64,000 nt of DNA from Klebsormidium nitens. Lineage: Eukaryota > Plantae > Klebsormidiophyceae. Within the stretch, counting starts at the first letter, position 1. Every line of letters starts with the position of its first letter. The stretch is taken from assembly GCA_000708835.1 (NCBI GenBank), contig DF237272.1, forward strand, positions 38,847 to 102,846, given 5' to 3'. The translations under genes and the position numbers were made by a program. The notes beneath the pieces were generated by a model. That model was not told where the DNA came from. It ran no database searches and saw nothing but the letters and a program-made list of their open reading frames with translations. This document shows, piece after piece, positions 1 through 11,983 of this stretch.

Positions 1-271
1 GAATTGAAGTGTGTCTGCGCAGAAGCCCTGGGGCTCTTGCGCAGGAAGGCCAGGAGTGGCATCGTCTCGGGAAATCTGGTGACCATGAAAGGAGAATGTT
101 GGCGAGTTAGGGCATCACGCCACCACCCAGAACGGTTTGCCAGCTGTTCATCCGTTGCCTACTCGATTTTATTCGACGACATCGACATATTCTATCATCG
201 TCAAGAAACATGCAAACCTTCACAGACTGTATTGTCAAAATAAGAAAGCAGGTTGCAACCACTGCAGCTAG

Positions 272-3200
272 CTACCCGGCGCCTGCCGCGGCAGTCTCCT
301 TTCTGCCTGCGCCCTCTGTTCGTGGCGCCTTCTCTCCCCCATGCCCCTCTTTCTTTTCCAACCCGGTGGGACTCGGAGACTTGCCCTCCTTTCCCCCGGT
401 CGGTTCTTTCTTCCCCTGCCCCGCCCGAAACTGCTTAATCGTGTATACTAGGTCGGTCATGAAGTCCCCGATCACCGACAGCTGCTCAACCGGGCTCGTG
501 AAGGGCGGGTGGTTGACCTTGGACCGTTGGATGCAACGGGCGAACAGGTTCTCGGTGGCCATGCACACCTGCACGAGGGTATCTGTTCAGCCATCGTATT
601 TACTGTATTGATGCACAGCATTATTCTCGTTTGAGCAGCAGAGGCAATGAAGCCGTCGCAGGTATTCATTCCCGCTGCCGATCGACGTTTGTCTTCGACG
701 GCACGGCTTTCCTTTCCTTCTAATCGAACGCTTTCACCAGGCAGGTTTGCTACCGCAAATCTGATAACGGTCTGACCTTAGACTGGAGCTCTTCTGATTC
801 CCTTGAACACATATGTCGCAAAATCCGTATCGCATCACGTTTAACAGCTTCCTACATCAATCTCGAGATCTCGCTCGCTGTTCACGCGGCAGTGCACTTG
901 CTGCACTCGTCGCTGTTAGTATGTGGACCATAGCAAAGAGATACCATTTGGTTGAGGTCCTGTTTGAAGTGCTTTTTCCGTTTCCTTAACCCCGGACCCG
1001 CTCTTCTCAAGTGCCCAGATCTCTGGTATAGGTAGCTTCGTAGAATGACAGGCCAAGCCCCATTTTCCGGTGAGACAGACAACGAGGGGACTTGAAGGCG
1101 CAAACACGATAACGACCTTAGGACGGGCGGGGTCATCTGGGGCTTTAGCGTAACGACAAGGATACCCGCTCTTGCAAAGCCAGCTTACGGCAGGATAACC
1201 GGCACGAACGAACACGTCAGATGACAGCCGGCTCGAAACACAGTCTGATCGACAAGGAGGAACTCATTGACAATGCCTTTAGCCTTTCCGCGCCTCCAAT
1301 CGAGCCGAAGCGGACCGCTCCCCACCTGGCCATGCTCCAGCGTCTTACCCACATCTTCTAGTCAAGAAGAGTGTGCTTCCGATGATTCCTTATACTTGAG
1401 AAGAGTTCGTTTTAAAATCTGTCTATGAGGAGAGACCGCTGTTCCCCACCTGGCCATGCTCCAGCGTCTTGGCGCTCTCGTTCTGCAGCGCGTAGTCCAT
1501 GCGCGCGCGCAGCCCTGCGGTCTCCTTCTCCTGCGCCTCGAGGTCCTTTTTCAGGCGGCTGATCTCGTTGTTGAAGTTCAGGATCTCGTTCGTCTTGCTC
1601 TTGGAGTACGCTTGCAGCTCCGCCCGCAGGCTCTCCGTCTCTTCAGTGGCGACCCGCGCCTGCTGCTTCAGGTCCGAGTTGGTTGCCTCGAGCGTCGCGT
1701 GCCTGGCGGGGACAGAGAGGGAGTTCCGTGAGAATGCTGAAACGGTGTGAAAGGCGCTATTAAGAAAGAATCTAACGGGAGCGGTTGACGTGCCCCGTCT
1801 TCGCCCAACGTAGAGGGTTCTATAGTTGATCCAGGAGACGGCTGGCTGCGAAAGACCGATTTCTGGTTTGTCTGGTTCGAAGGTTGGCGTCACATTGTCA
1901 AGGAGACTCTTTGCAAGGCGTTTTTCCGGTCTCGTTCCCTCTCTGCACGGAAATAAAAGTTGTCTCTGGTACAAAGCCTACGTGATACCATCATCCGGAA
2001 ACATTTCAAGGTAATTGCTCAAACATCTGGATACCGTCCTACAGGAATGGCTTCGAACAATGGACTTGTACAACACGTATCACTGCTGATCTGGAATCTG
2101 TGCACAGGACAAAAGCTTTGCAAGTTCGGATCGGTCACTGCAACAATCTGGACAACGACTCTGCACATTCGGACGTCGTCTCTTGTAACCAGAACTGAGT
2201 CAGTGTTCAAGTGCTCAGTGCATGAAACACGGTGAGAACGAATCAGTCCGATTCCCTGCGGGGAAAGAAAAGAGAAAGAATGAAAAAACGGACGGTCCGC
2301 ACCGCATGAGGAGGTCGTTGATCTCGTGGTACTCGTCCGCGGTGTCCAGCACTGCCTCCAGGTACTTGTGGTACGCCATGTTCTGCTCCACGATCCGGCA
2401 CGTGCGGCCCTTCTCCTTCTGCAGCTCCTCCACCAGCCCCGCCAGCTTCTCGATCTCCGCCTCCTGCGATGCTTAACGGCAGCGGTTAGCGGAGGTTTCG
2501 GGAACCAAGATGCATTTCCAAGAGCATTTGAAATGGATCTGATAATTTTGTTGGCTTTTTTGCTTTACTATTGCCTCGAGGCTTCGTCTGCAGGCTCTTC
2601 CACCTCCACCAGCCCCGGCAGCTTCTCGATCTCAGGGGCACCGGTTAGCGGAGGTTTCCGTAACCAAGTCGCAACCCAACGTTTTGGGCCTTGTGTGTTC
2701 CTAGTCCATCGAGGTTTCTGTGTGCAGCTGCGCTACACGCCCCGCCAGCCATCAATCTCCGCCTCCTGCGACGGTCAATGGACCCGTTTAGCAAATGGCT
2801 CAGCTTGTCCTTCCGTGCGGTGGTTACGGCTCCGTTCAGCAAACGCATGGCGAGTACGGGCTTGTTTTACAAGAGAATGTTTTTTGACGTCTTGTTGCTC
2901 CTTTCTGCAGCTCCTCCACCAGCCCCGCCAGCTTCACGGTCTCCGCCTCCTGAGATGGTCAACTATTAACGGCCCCGTTAGGGGACATTTTGTGCAAGGA
3001 AGGAGCAAACGAAGACAACCTTGAGGTTGTCGAGTCTGGCTTTTTGCTTTCGACGCATTCATTCAGCTCCTCGAGCAGACCCCGCCAGCCTCTTGCATCT
3101 TGGCTTTTTGTGATGTTCGATAAAATTACTTGTCGAGGGGTCTGACGAGTTCGCGCCTCGATGGCACATTCTCAATCCTCTTCTACGCCTATAGTCATTG

Positions 3201-5095
3201 TCAAAGTCAATCCACGCAGCTCAGCAAGCTTCTCGCCCTTGACCTTTCCCTTTCCGGCTTGCTCACACCTTATATTGATGGAATAGCAAACTGAGACGTC
3301 GTCGTTTACCTACCTTTTGCAATCTGCTCTTGACTTCGTCTGCCGCTTTCTTTTCCGCTCGCGTCCTTTTTGAATTGTTCTCCTGCAAGAAAGTGGTCTC
3401 GCTTCTTCAGCCAGAGGCACACGGTTTGGGTGCGGACTTTTCTTTCGAATGTATGTCAACGGCACACGTTGGTCCCGAATCAACGGACGGGAACAAAATT
3501 TCGGAAGTCTGTATGCTCTGTTGCGACAGTCATATCGCTGCTCTTTCGCGAAAGTGCCATCAGACACGCGATAGAAGCAGGCCTGGCGCTTCCGTCACGT
3601 AAAAGAAACATAATCTAGGGACTTTCGGGGATTGAGCTCGACTGTAAGCGCTACGCGTGCGTACCTGTAAGAACTTGCTAAAACGGACAAGCGCATCCTG
3701 AAGCTCGGCGTCCTTCTTCTTTAGGCCCTCCTCTCGTCGCTTGAAGACCTCCTCTTTCCTGAAACAAAGCGAAGGTATCGTCGGATCTGCTCGTGAGTAC
3801 CACCTTCAATGCCTTTTCCTGGCAGACAACCACTATGGAGAAGAGTCATTGCCAAGTAGCATTTAGAAAGGCGTGAGAAGACCAGTGCAGATCTGCTAGC
3901 CTGCGCACCTTTTCAAAGTGAGTATTTCTCTTACCGCCCGGAGGATTGGGCGATGAAATGGTACTAATGAACGGGGATGAGGAATCAAGCGCTAGTGAAG
4001 CAATGAAAGGCGAGGGTCAGGGTCGTGATTACCTAGCAAACTCGGTTTTCTGGGCCTCCAGCTCTTCTTGCACCTCAAACATCTGCCGGCGCTTCTCCAG
4101 GAGGCGGGTTGCAGGGGCGACATGCTCCAGCACCAAGGTCTTCTGAGTGGTCCTGCAGTACCAGGAGGAATTTACGTTTTGTTCTGACAGTTCTTTTGCT
4201 TGTAATGATAGGGAAAGTAAATACGGGGGCATGAGTGGCCATGAAGTGCACCCAGGAATGCTGGCGCTGCCGCTCGACCACTTGATCCGGCCAGTTGGGA
4301 AGAACAAGGTTCGAAAGGTCAAATAAGAGGAGCGGGGATTGATAGTCGGCTGGGCTTCTAAAGGAAAAGCCAGCGGCTCAATTCAAGAGCAGAGAAGGGG
4401 GTTGGCAAACGAATTAGAATTGCAGGGGTAGACCTGATCCTGACACTTGTTTCTATTCTTCCAAGTTTGCATCCCAGCTATGCAATCGCAGAGCTTCCAC
4501 AACTGACAGGGTACCGCTGCGATACGGACTTAGCTGGTTGCCTCATGCTTTGCAGCCATTCTCATCTTCCTTGCAAGTGAAAAGCATACGTCCGCAAAGG
4601 ATAACCTAGTTTGGCATGGGATGCTCCAAGCCGTGCTCTGGTTTGCCCATGACTCTTATATCAACATAGGAGGCCTCGTTACGACCTCTCCGCATGGTTA
4701 ATTAATCGAAGTGGATAATGAGGTGCCTATGCTTAGCCCGAAATATAATCCTGACATTCTTCAACACCCAGTAACTATTATCTAAAAGGACGTCAGCTCA
4801 CATTGTGAGCTCTTCCAAGTGGTTATATTCAATTTGACTTCGCCCGATCCTTTCCTATGTCCTATTTCGCCTTCATGTTTCCTTAATAATCTCTAGACTG
4901 CCTGTTTGGGAACAAGTAGATAATTGACACCTGCAAAAATGGGGCACACTCCTGAATGGGCCAACTGCCATCTTATCTCAAGCCATGGATGCCTAGTGTG
5001 ACCACCGAGCAGAAAGCTGGTACTTACTTGTTTGTCAGCCCGCCTTGCGGCACAATCAACGGCCCTTCGTCCTCTTCCAACGCCGCCAATTCCAT
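272..5095 (-). CDS. CFAP73: Cilia/flagella-associated coiled-coil protein of the CFAP73/CCDC42 (DUF4200) family, 7 exons, about 353 aa
   Basis: Phase-consistent GT-AG exons: 5095-5028, 4152-4033, 3758-3665, 3382-3314, 2463-2303, 1702-1450, 568-272. Translation includes PATRLLEKRRQMFEVQEELEAQKTEF, LVRFSKFLQENNSKRTRAEKKA and YHKYLEAVLD...EINDLLMRHATL, which I recognise as the CCDC42/CFAP73 family pattern. Confidence 0.85.
1313..1470. repeat. Direct duplication of the CFAP73 exon 6 3' end and donor site
   Basis: The 27-bp string ccccacctggccatgctccagcgtctt is identical at 1320-1346 and 1444-1470, each preceded by gaccgct. Confidence 0.9.
2420..3100. repeat. Degenerate tandem array (about 155-bp period) made of the CFAP73 exon 5 start plus its acceptor and branch region
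   Basis: Original at 2420-2510; copies at about 2602-2670, 2740-2790, 2904-2982 and 3064-3090. Shared strings include cctccaccagcccc, gccagc, atctccgcctcctg and cggttagcggaggtttc. Confidence 0.85.
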
Positions 5096-6354
5096 CTTGC
5101 AACTGCCGCAAAAGAACCGTCTAAAACTGAGACGGAGCTATATTGTGATTTGGTTCAGCTCAGAAAGTCGAAGCTGATGCCTGCGTGTCAAAAGGCCTGA
5201 CCACTGTGGCTGGCGACCTCACTTTGCTAAGTGAACGACTCATTAAGATGCCGAAACCAGTTTCAAAAAGTGAAGGTGCACATTCCTCAAGCGGCACAAA
5301 AGGGGTCTGCAGCCTTTCTCCTCAAGCGTTGCTGTCACGATTAGATTCATCTGCCGCCCAAGCTAAATGTAAAGCTGATCTCCACGGTTATTCACAGCGC
5401 CTGAGCTGGATCTCGCAGCAAGACCTTCACTGCTTCAGGCTTCAAGAAGAAGATTCAAGGTCTCATCAGCCACATTGTTATTATCCAGCTGAGTGTGATA
5501 GAACCTGACACAATTTGTCACACACACACAATTTGTCATCTTGGGAAGATCATTGCATGGTGAGAAGATCCCTCCCAGAGTCCCGAGCTAAAGTTACCCA
5601 GCGCTCAAACTGACGGTTCTGACTCAAGGATTCAGGGGTGAAACTCATCCGACGGCACTGGTAAGATGCTTAGCAACAAAACGGGTAGATCGGACGGTTT
5701 ATGTTGACTGAACTATCCCTGAACTTGAAGAGCATCATGGCATGGAGTCGGTGTTCCGGAAAATTGGAGCCTGCCTAGCTGCGGCTGCGCGGCCTGTTGC
5801 TGCGCTCCCTTGCAATCCTTGCGTGATCAGACGAGGATGCAAGTGGGCCTTGGCATTGGCGTTTCTGTATTAGCTCTTATGCCGTCTCTGCAGGGGTATT
5901 GAGAATGCCTGGATATGCAGGTTTCCAACCAAATCAACATCGAACGGAGAAGCAGAATGATGGTGGTGCTTGGAAGATGTACAGTCCCTCAAACGCAATG
6001 GCTGTCCGTGTGCCATAGACAAGGAGATTTTGTAACGTGATCAAGTGAGAAGCTGCATCATCTTCAAGATTGTCATGTGCTCCAAATTAGTGGCACTGTC
6101 AGGCTTTCAGGCGCCAGCGGGTGTTTGGAATCGCAGTCTAGGTTGATGCACTAGCTGATGCCATGGTCTACTTTGCCACCGCACAAGCTGTTGCGCAGGC
6201 AGTAGCTTTCAGCTGAGCTCGAACTCAGGGGAACATTCTGACATTGCACTGCATAGCTCACTAATTTGATTTGCTTTTCATTCCAAGCATCCAGCATGTT
6301 TGAGACAGGTCTTTTCATGCCAACTTGAGTCTTCTACATGCCTTTGATTGCAGG

Positions 6355-9300
6355 ATGGAGACTTCTTCTTTGAGCTCCAGCAGCGATGCAAACTTTGCAA
6401 CCTCCCCCTATGCCAAGCACACCTCCCTGCGCGGCGCGGCGGGGTACCGTGCATGGAAAGGAGCTCCTGGACCCTCCCAATCACCGGGGGGGGGGGCAAC
6501 AGAAGCTGCAGAGAGCAGCAGTGCTTGGCCTAACCGCGCCAGGTCCCAGAAGAACGGAGCGTCTCACTCCAGCAGTGGGGACGGTCGAGTGAGGGAGAGT
6601 GTCTCTCGCTCAGGCCTTCGTAGTGGGAGCAAAGTGGATGGCAATCGCAAAGGGGATGGTGAAGGGTTTGAAACACAGCCGCGCAAAGCAGTCCCTGCCT
6701 GGAAGACCGCACCTCAGAATGCTTCGGGTACTCTCTGGGACAGGCTCTCGCAAGCGAGCCGTCCTGCTAGCCGCCCCCCGAGCCGCCAGATCTACAGCGG
6801 TGTCAAGCTGCGGAAGACTCCTGAGACTCCAGAAGAAGGATCGCCGAACGGCAGGTTTGACACCACTCCAAACTCCAACAGGCCCCCCTCTCGGAGGAGA
6901 ACAGAGGGCCGCGTTGATGCCCAGAGGGCCGAGTCAGTGTCGGATTCTGCTGGAGAGGAGCCGGAGACATACGATATGTATAGCAGGGGGTTTAGCAGAG
7001 GCCCTGCCACAGGGGGGCGGCCCGCTTGGAACCAGGGAGCGGCAGGGGCGGCGTCACGAGCGGCGTGGACCACAGGGCCTCAGGCGCTCCGAGCAAGCAT
7101 GCAGAGGTCCTCGAGACCCAGCTCTAGGCTGTCGTCTCGGCAGGCGTCGAGGGAGGGGAGCGTGGCAGGAGACGTAAGCTATCAGTGGGAGGATATGCAG
7201 CCGTCAAAAGAGTCAAGCGGGACCGATCTTGTAAGTGTTAGCAGTCAGGATGGGGGGGAGAGCGAAAGGGTGGCGAGCAAAGGGGGAGGCGGAGCGAGAC
7301 CCGGGTCAAGGATGAGCGTGGTGGACGTTCTGAGCTTTGCTGAGGAAAGTGGGCGCGAGGAGGGCAACGATGAGAACAGGGAACCGGGCTCCCGGCCACC
7401 GTCTGAGGTGAGGCAACTGGATCATTCTAAAAGGTTGAGGAGAACCCTTGATGAACGTAATTGCAGATGAAACGCCGGTGTGGATATCCCCTTTACACTT
7501 CCTGCCAAGTAGCTGGCTGCCAGACCCGTTTGCTTGTGCAGACTTTGGTCAGGCTCATATTGCACTGAGGAGCCAGTGACTCATCAGAAGCCAACGCCAC
7601 CTTCGTGAAAGCATTTTCCTTCGAGCTAGCCAGTTTCGTACATATCACTCCTGAAGAGCTTACGCCCCGCACCAAAGCTCAATCTCTCGTTCACGTGAAT
7701 GCAAACCTCGCCACATCAAACCATGAAGCTGCCCTTCAAACGTCGTGTCCTCGGCCCCACAACATAACCACGATTTACCCCATGCGAATTCAGCACCCTA
7801 GGGCATAACAGCAAAAGTAAATGCCTGATGTTCCGTGCACTTCGTGCAGGGTTCCTCTTTCCGCCGCACTCCCGACGGCCGGCCCTCACCCGCCCCCTCC
7901 GAACAGCACCCCAACGATTTGCAGTCCAAGAAAGCCCGGCTCTCCGCTCACAAAGCGGACGTTTCAGAGGCAGCATCCGGCACCCGGCGGTCTTGGGGGG
8001 GGGTAGCCAGAGCCCAAGCTTCAGCCCCCCGAATCTCGGAATCGCCGCGCGTCGGGGAAGTCTACCGACGGCCGGCGAGCGCAAGGGATTGGAGCCCGAT
8101 TCGGAAGCGGAAGGACGACCCGTTGCAACCACAAACTTTAGCGGAGTATATGGTGCGGGGGTTCTCCGTTCAATCTCAAACATCCTTTCTACGTTCTTAA
8201 TCTGCTTCTCCTACTGGTGATACTTTCCTGCCTCGGGTTCCACCATTTTTCAAGGTCTGTCGCAAGGTGCGCTTGTTGGTTTGGCATATGCGCTATGGAC
8301 TCCGTATGGAGTTTCTGAAAGATGTGCTCTGCTTCTATCGGCATCTCTGGTCGCTGGCCTGGCACTTCTTGAACCTTCCTCAGCGAGATATTTTGCGGCC
8401 AACTCGGAGCGAAGTCAATATGGGCAGGTCGATATGGTCAAAAGTGACCACTTCAGTAAAGGGAAGTCTTCCGGACTACTTGAGGAACAGAATAGCTGTC
8501 CAACTGCTTCGTTTCAAAAATACGTGGACCTCCGTGTTGTCTATCCGTGTGTCTCCTTCTCGTTTTCCTTTACTTCGCATCAATTCTGCAGCTTTCTGAC
8601 TCTTGTGCCTGCCCCCTTCTGTTAGGCCCGACTATACCTGGATTCACTCTCTCTGTCCTTAAGTTTGTCTCTTCTTCATTCTCTTCTTTCCCTTGGTTCT
8701 TCTCTGCATCCATTTTGAAGATTGTCGTTTTTGAAGACTGTGCGTTCCTTCTTCTCTTTAGCCCGACTTTACCTGGAATAACTTCTCAGTGTGCTTTCCT
8801 TTTTCTCTCTCTTTACGCGCTCCATTTTCTTTTGCACCGTTTTTGACGAGTGTGCGTTCCCCCTTTCGTCAGGCCACTCCCCGGAGCCCACTGCGGAGCC
8901 CGGTTTGCCCGCCTCGTCCAGTCTCGGCACGGAATGCTGACGTCGGAATGACGCCCCTCAATCTGGACACTCCAACCCGCAGGCGAGCAGTTGCATCCAT
9001 GTTCTCCCCGTCTGTGCTGACTGGCTGGTCATACTGGAGTTGCTTTGAATATGTACTCTGCTCATGGGGGGTTCGAAAAAGAACCCGGGGGACTTTGACG
9101 ATTGGCATCAATTTCCCTGCTGCGATTTCCAACCGAACCGAATCGTGAGTCGAAACAGGTCAACGATGCAGGATTTGTTTGGCTCTTCTCCTTAACACTT
9201 GGACTCGATCTCCACTTCCTTTAGCGTAGTGCGCTCTTTCGTGATTTTCAACAAGAGAGGCAAGAGCGTCTTCCGTTTTTGACATCGACAGGGTTTTAAC

Positions 9301-11983
9301 ACCCATTCCTTCAGTACGCGCCGCAGCTAGAGGTCCCCAGCATTCATGCAACTTCCTCCATCTCTGGAAGCATCTGCTTTCTTCACAATAATAAAGACCT
9401 CTCGATACGCATGCTTACTCGTCCGAGTACCGTTCAATGTGTCTTCAGTGAGAAGGCGGTCCATGCTAACAACTTCTCTACGTTCCTTACTCGCAGGGAG
9501 GCGCCCGTCCGCCAATCTTTGGACGCGGACGAGGATCCGGACGACGTGGCAACTTTTACGGACGTCCAGCAGCGGATCAGCGCGGCCCGCCACAATACTA
9601 CGGACCTGCGACCCGCGACGACTGCAAACGTCACCAGGGTAAGGTTCCTGTAAATATCGTGCTCGCTGATCACATTTCGGGCCCTTAACCTCGCACCAAG
9701 ATGTTGTTTCGACGGAGAAAGTTCGAAAGCTTCGAAAAAGGCGGGGAGTAGAGTATGTTGTCGAAATCCGTAAAGTTCGCACATACTGGAGTGCAGACGG
9801 ACCGTGCAACATCTTGGGTGCGAGGTTGAGGGCCCGAGCATGTGTTTCAGGGGTTTTGGAGAGAGGCAGGGTCGGAAGCAATCTGGGTTGGAGTTTTTGG
9901 TATGCAAGAGGAGAAGGGCTGGGGCGCTGTGTGCAAATGCCTGTTGGGTTCCTCTCGAGTTGAGAAGGAGAGCTTCTAAGAAAGCCTGAATTGTACTGAG
10001 TGGCTTCACAGACGTCGTCGGAAGCATGCCAGTCGATTCGTAAAATTCAAAAATGCTTCTGAGACCGAAAGCAGTGGACCAAATTTGGAGGGTTGGCGTG
10101 CTTCAAATCCGCTTTGGGCAACAGGATTTCGAAGCCACGCCCCCTTTGGAATCACTACTTTCTTTCCGAAATTCTTTTCCTTCTTGAATTCCAAGTCAAA
10201 ACTCTTGCAGCAGAATTTCTTGGAGGTATTGGGAGTCCAAGAACAGGAGCCGCTCCCTAAATAACCAATCAACCTTGAAAATCTGTCATTGACGTGAGAA
10301 TGGAACCGTTTACTTCAGGCTGGTCTGCTTTCCGCCCCTCCCCCGAGTGCCGTGAAGGAGGTCGACCTGTCCGCGCTCGCCGATAAGCTATTCCAGCCGC
10401 GGGAGCATATGCCGCGCAGCGGCAGCGTGACGTCAGCATCGTTGCAGCTCCCGGCCGACGCGCTCCCTCCGCCCAACGGACTGTCGCTTTCCCGGCGCCA
10501 GAGTGCCAGGCGTGACGCCATGGGAGCAACGAATCAGGGGGTGCCACTTGGCGGGGACACTCTAGGAGCCCGCGAGCAGAACGAGAACGAGGAGGTGCGT
10601 TAGGCACGCGCCCTTTTGGCAAATTCAATATTATCGGAAGCGGTTTTCCGTCGTTGGGAAGGAAGGATCTGGCATTGGACTGACATTTATGACGTAACCA
10701 AAGTCGGTGAAAGTTGTTTTTCCAATTATGTGTAATACAAAGAGGTATGGACGCGTTTAAAACAAGGCAATAATACTTCAGCGAGCATTGTCACTAGGCC
10801 AGACTCGTTCATTGAGCTCCCTTTTTTTAAAAGCGTACTTCTGCAACAACAGAGGATTCGGCCTCAGTTTGACCTTCGAAAGGGTGAAATTGAGCACTAA
10901 CAAGCGTGAACAACATTCGTCTCAAATCTCTTTCGTAAAGTTGTCTCTTTTTCAGTCCTGTGTCGATCGTGGTCGCTCTGTCCTTTTCGAGACGTCAATC
11001 GGCGCACCGACCGTAGCGCTGATAGGAGCTCTCCTTTGCAAAACGGAAGGCAGTTGCTTCAGCTTACGCTGACCGTGTTAAAATAGTAACATTTGATGCT
11101 TCAATCGCTCACGTAGTTCCCGCGTGATTACGTGCAGGCTCGAAAAGGGCTGCGGCGGCCCCCTTCCCGGCAAAAGCCCCCTCCCGAGTCTCTTCACCTC
11201 TTCACGGGTGAGCAATCCGCCTAAGGAGCGGCCCGCGGCTCTTTCTTCAATGCGACTCATCATCATTCATTACGCACAGCGGCGTTCGATACATTTCACC
11301 AACTTTCGAAAAGTTACGCATATATGGGCCTCAACTTACATTGCTGGGAACTTGATGGGACAAACGTCTGTGTTCTTCCGGGGATGCGGATGGTCAAGTT
11401 GGAAGGTGTTAGGAGGTCGATCCGTCAACCCGATTTTACAACTAAACACTGCACTTCAGGTGAGAAAGAGGTAGCCCAAGCATCGCAAACATGCATCGCA
11501 CCGCGGCTCCTATTGGCGTCAGGCAACCTAGAAACTCTCGTGAGGTGGGATCCTTATCGACTAAGGCTTTCAAATGATGGAAGCAGACATTGTCCTGGAA
11601 CGGTGAGGTCCGACTTCGTTTTCCCAGTTTTCTCCAGCCGACTCACTTCATTCATATCAAGCCAATTGAGAAGCTTCTGTATCAAGACGTTTTAATTTTG
11701 CTTCTGATTCTTTCCAGCTGACTCTTCCGGCCCTGCGACGCTCGGAGCGAGCCTCGAGTTGGATGCCCGGCCTGAGACCACGGCGGGCCACATGCGCGTT
11801 GGCGTGTCGCAGGCACGTGCCGTCCAGTCGGAGCCCATCAACCGGCTCCACAAACTCTTCATCCGCCCGCCGTCTCGCCAGCGGCCGCCTCCCGAGGCGC
11901 TGTGCCTGGGCGGAATCGAAGCGGCGGCGGCAGAAAAGTCGTTCCGAGAGATCTACAGCAGCTCGGACTGCGAGTCTCCGTAG
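6355..11983 (+). CDS. Hypothetical, largely disordered Ser/Arg/Gly/Pro-rich protein with repeated RP(P/S/G)SR(Q) motifs, 7 exons, about 714 aa
   Basis: Phase-consistent exons: 6355-7407, 7925-8152, 8873-8982, 9497-9638, 10319-10594, 11138-11207, 11718-11983. Exons are GC-rich with pyrimidine-rich acceptors. The model needs a GC donor at 8983. The ATG follows an acceptor-like ttgcag, so upstream exons are possible. Confidence 0.7.

Noticed and set aside
2420-3100. Regularly spaced repeats that might suggest a CRISPR array
   Set aside because: The context is a eukaryotic intron, the units are degenerate copies of a neighbouring exon, the spacers are not unique 30-40 bp sequences, and there are no cas genes.
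8267-8625. Two overlapping plus-strand ORFs (110 and 114 aa) within the gene at 6355
   Set aside because: They lack coding codon bias, run into pyrimidine tracts, and the flanking exons join in phase without them.
9327-10027. Long minus-strand ORFs (184 and 197 aa), plus similar antisense ORFs at 18872-19552, 29275-29958 and 44721-45302
   Set aside because: They overlap GC-rich exons and introns on the opposite strand, have no recognisable motifs, and are typical antisense shadows.
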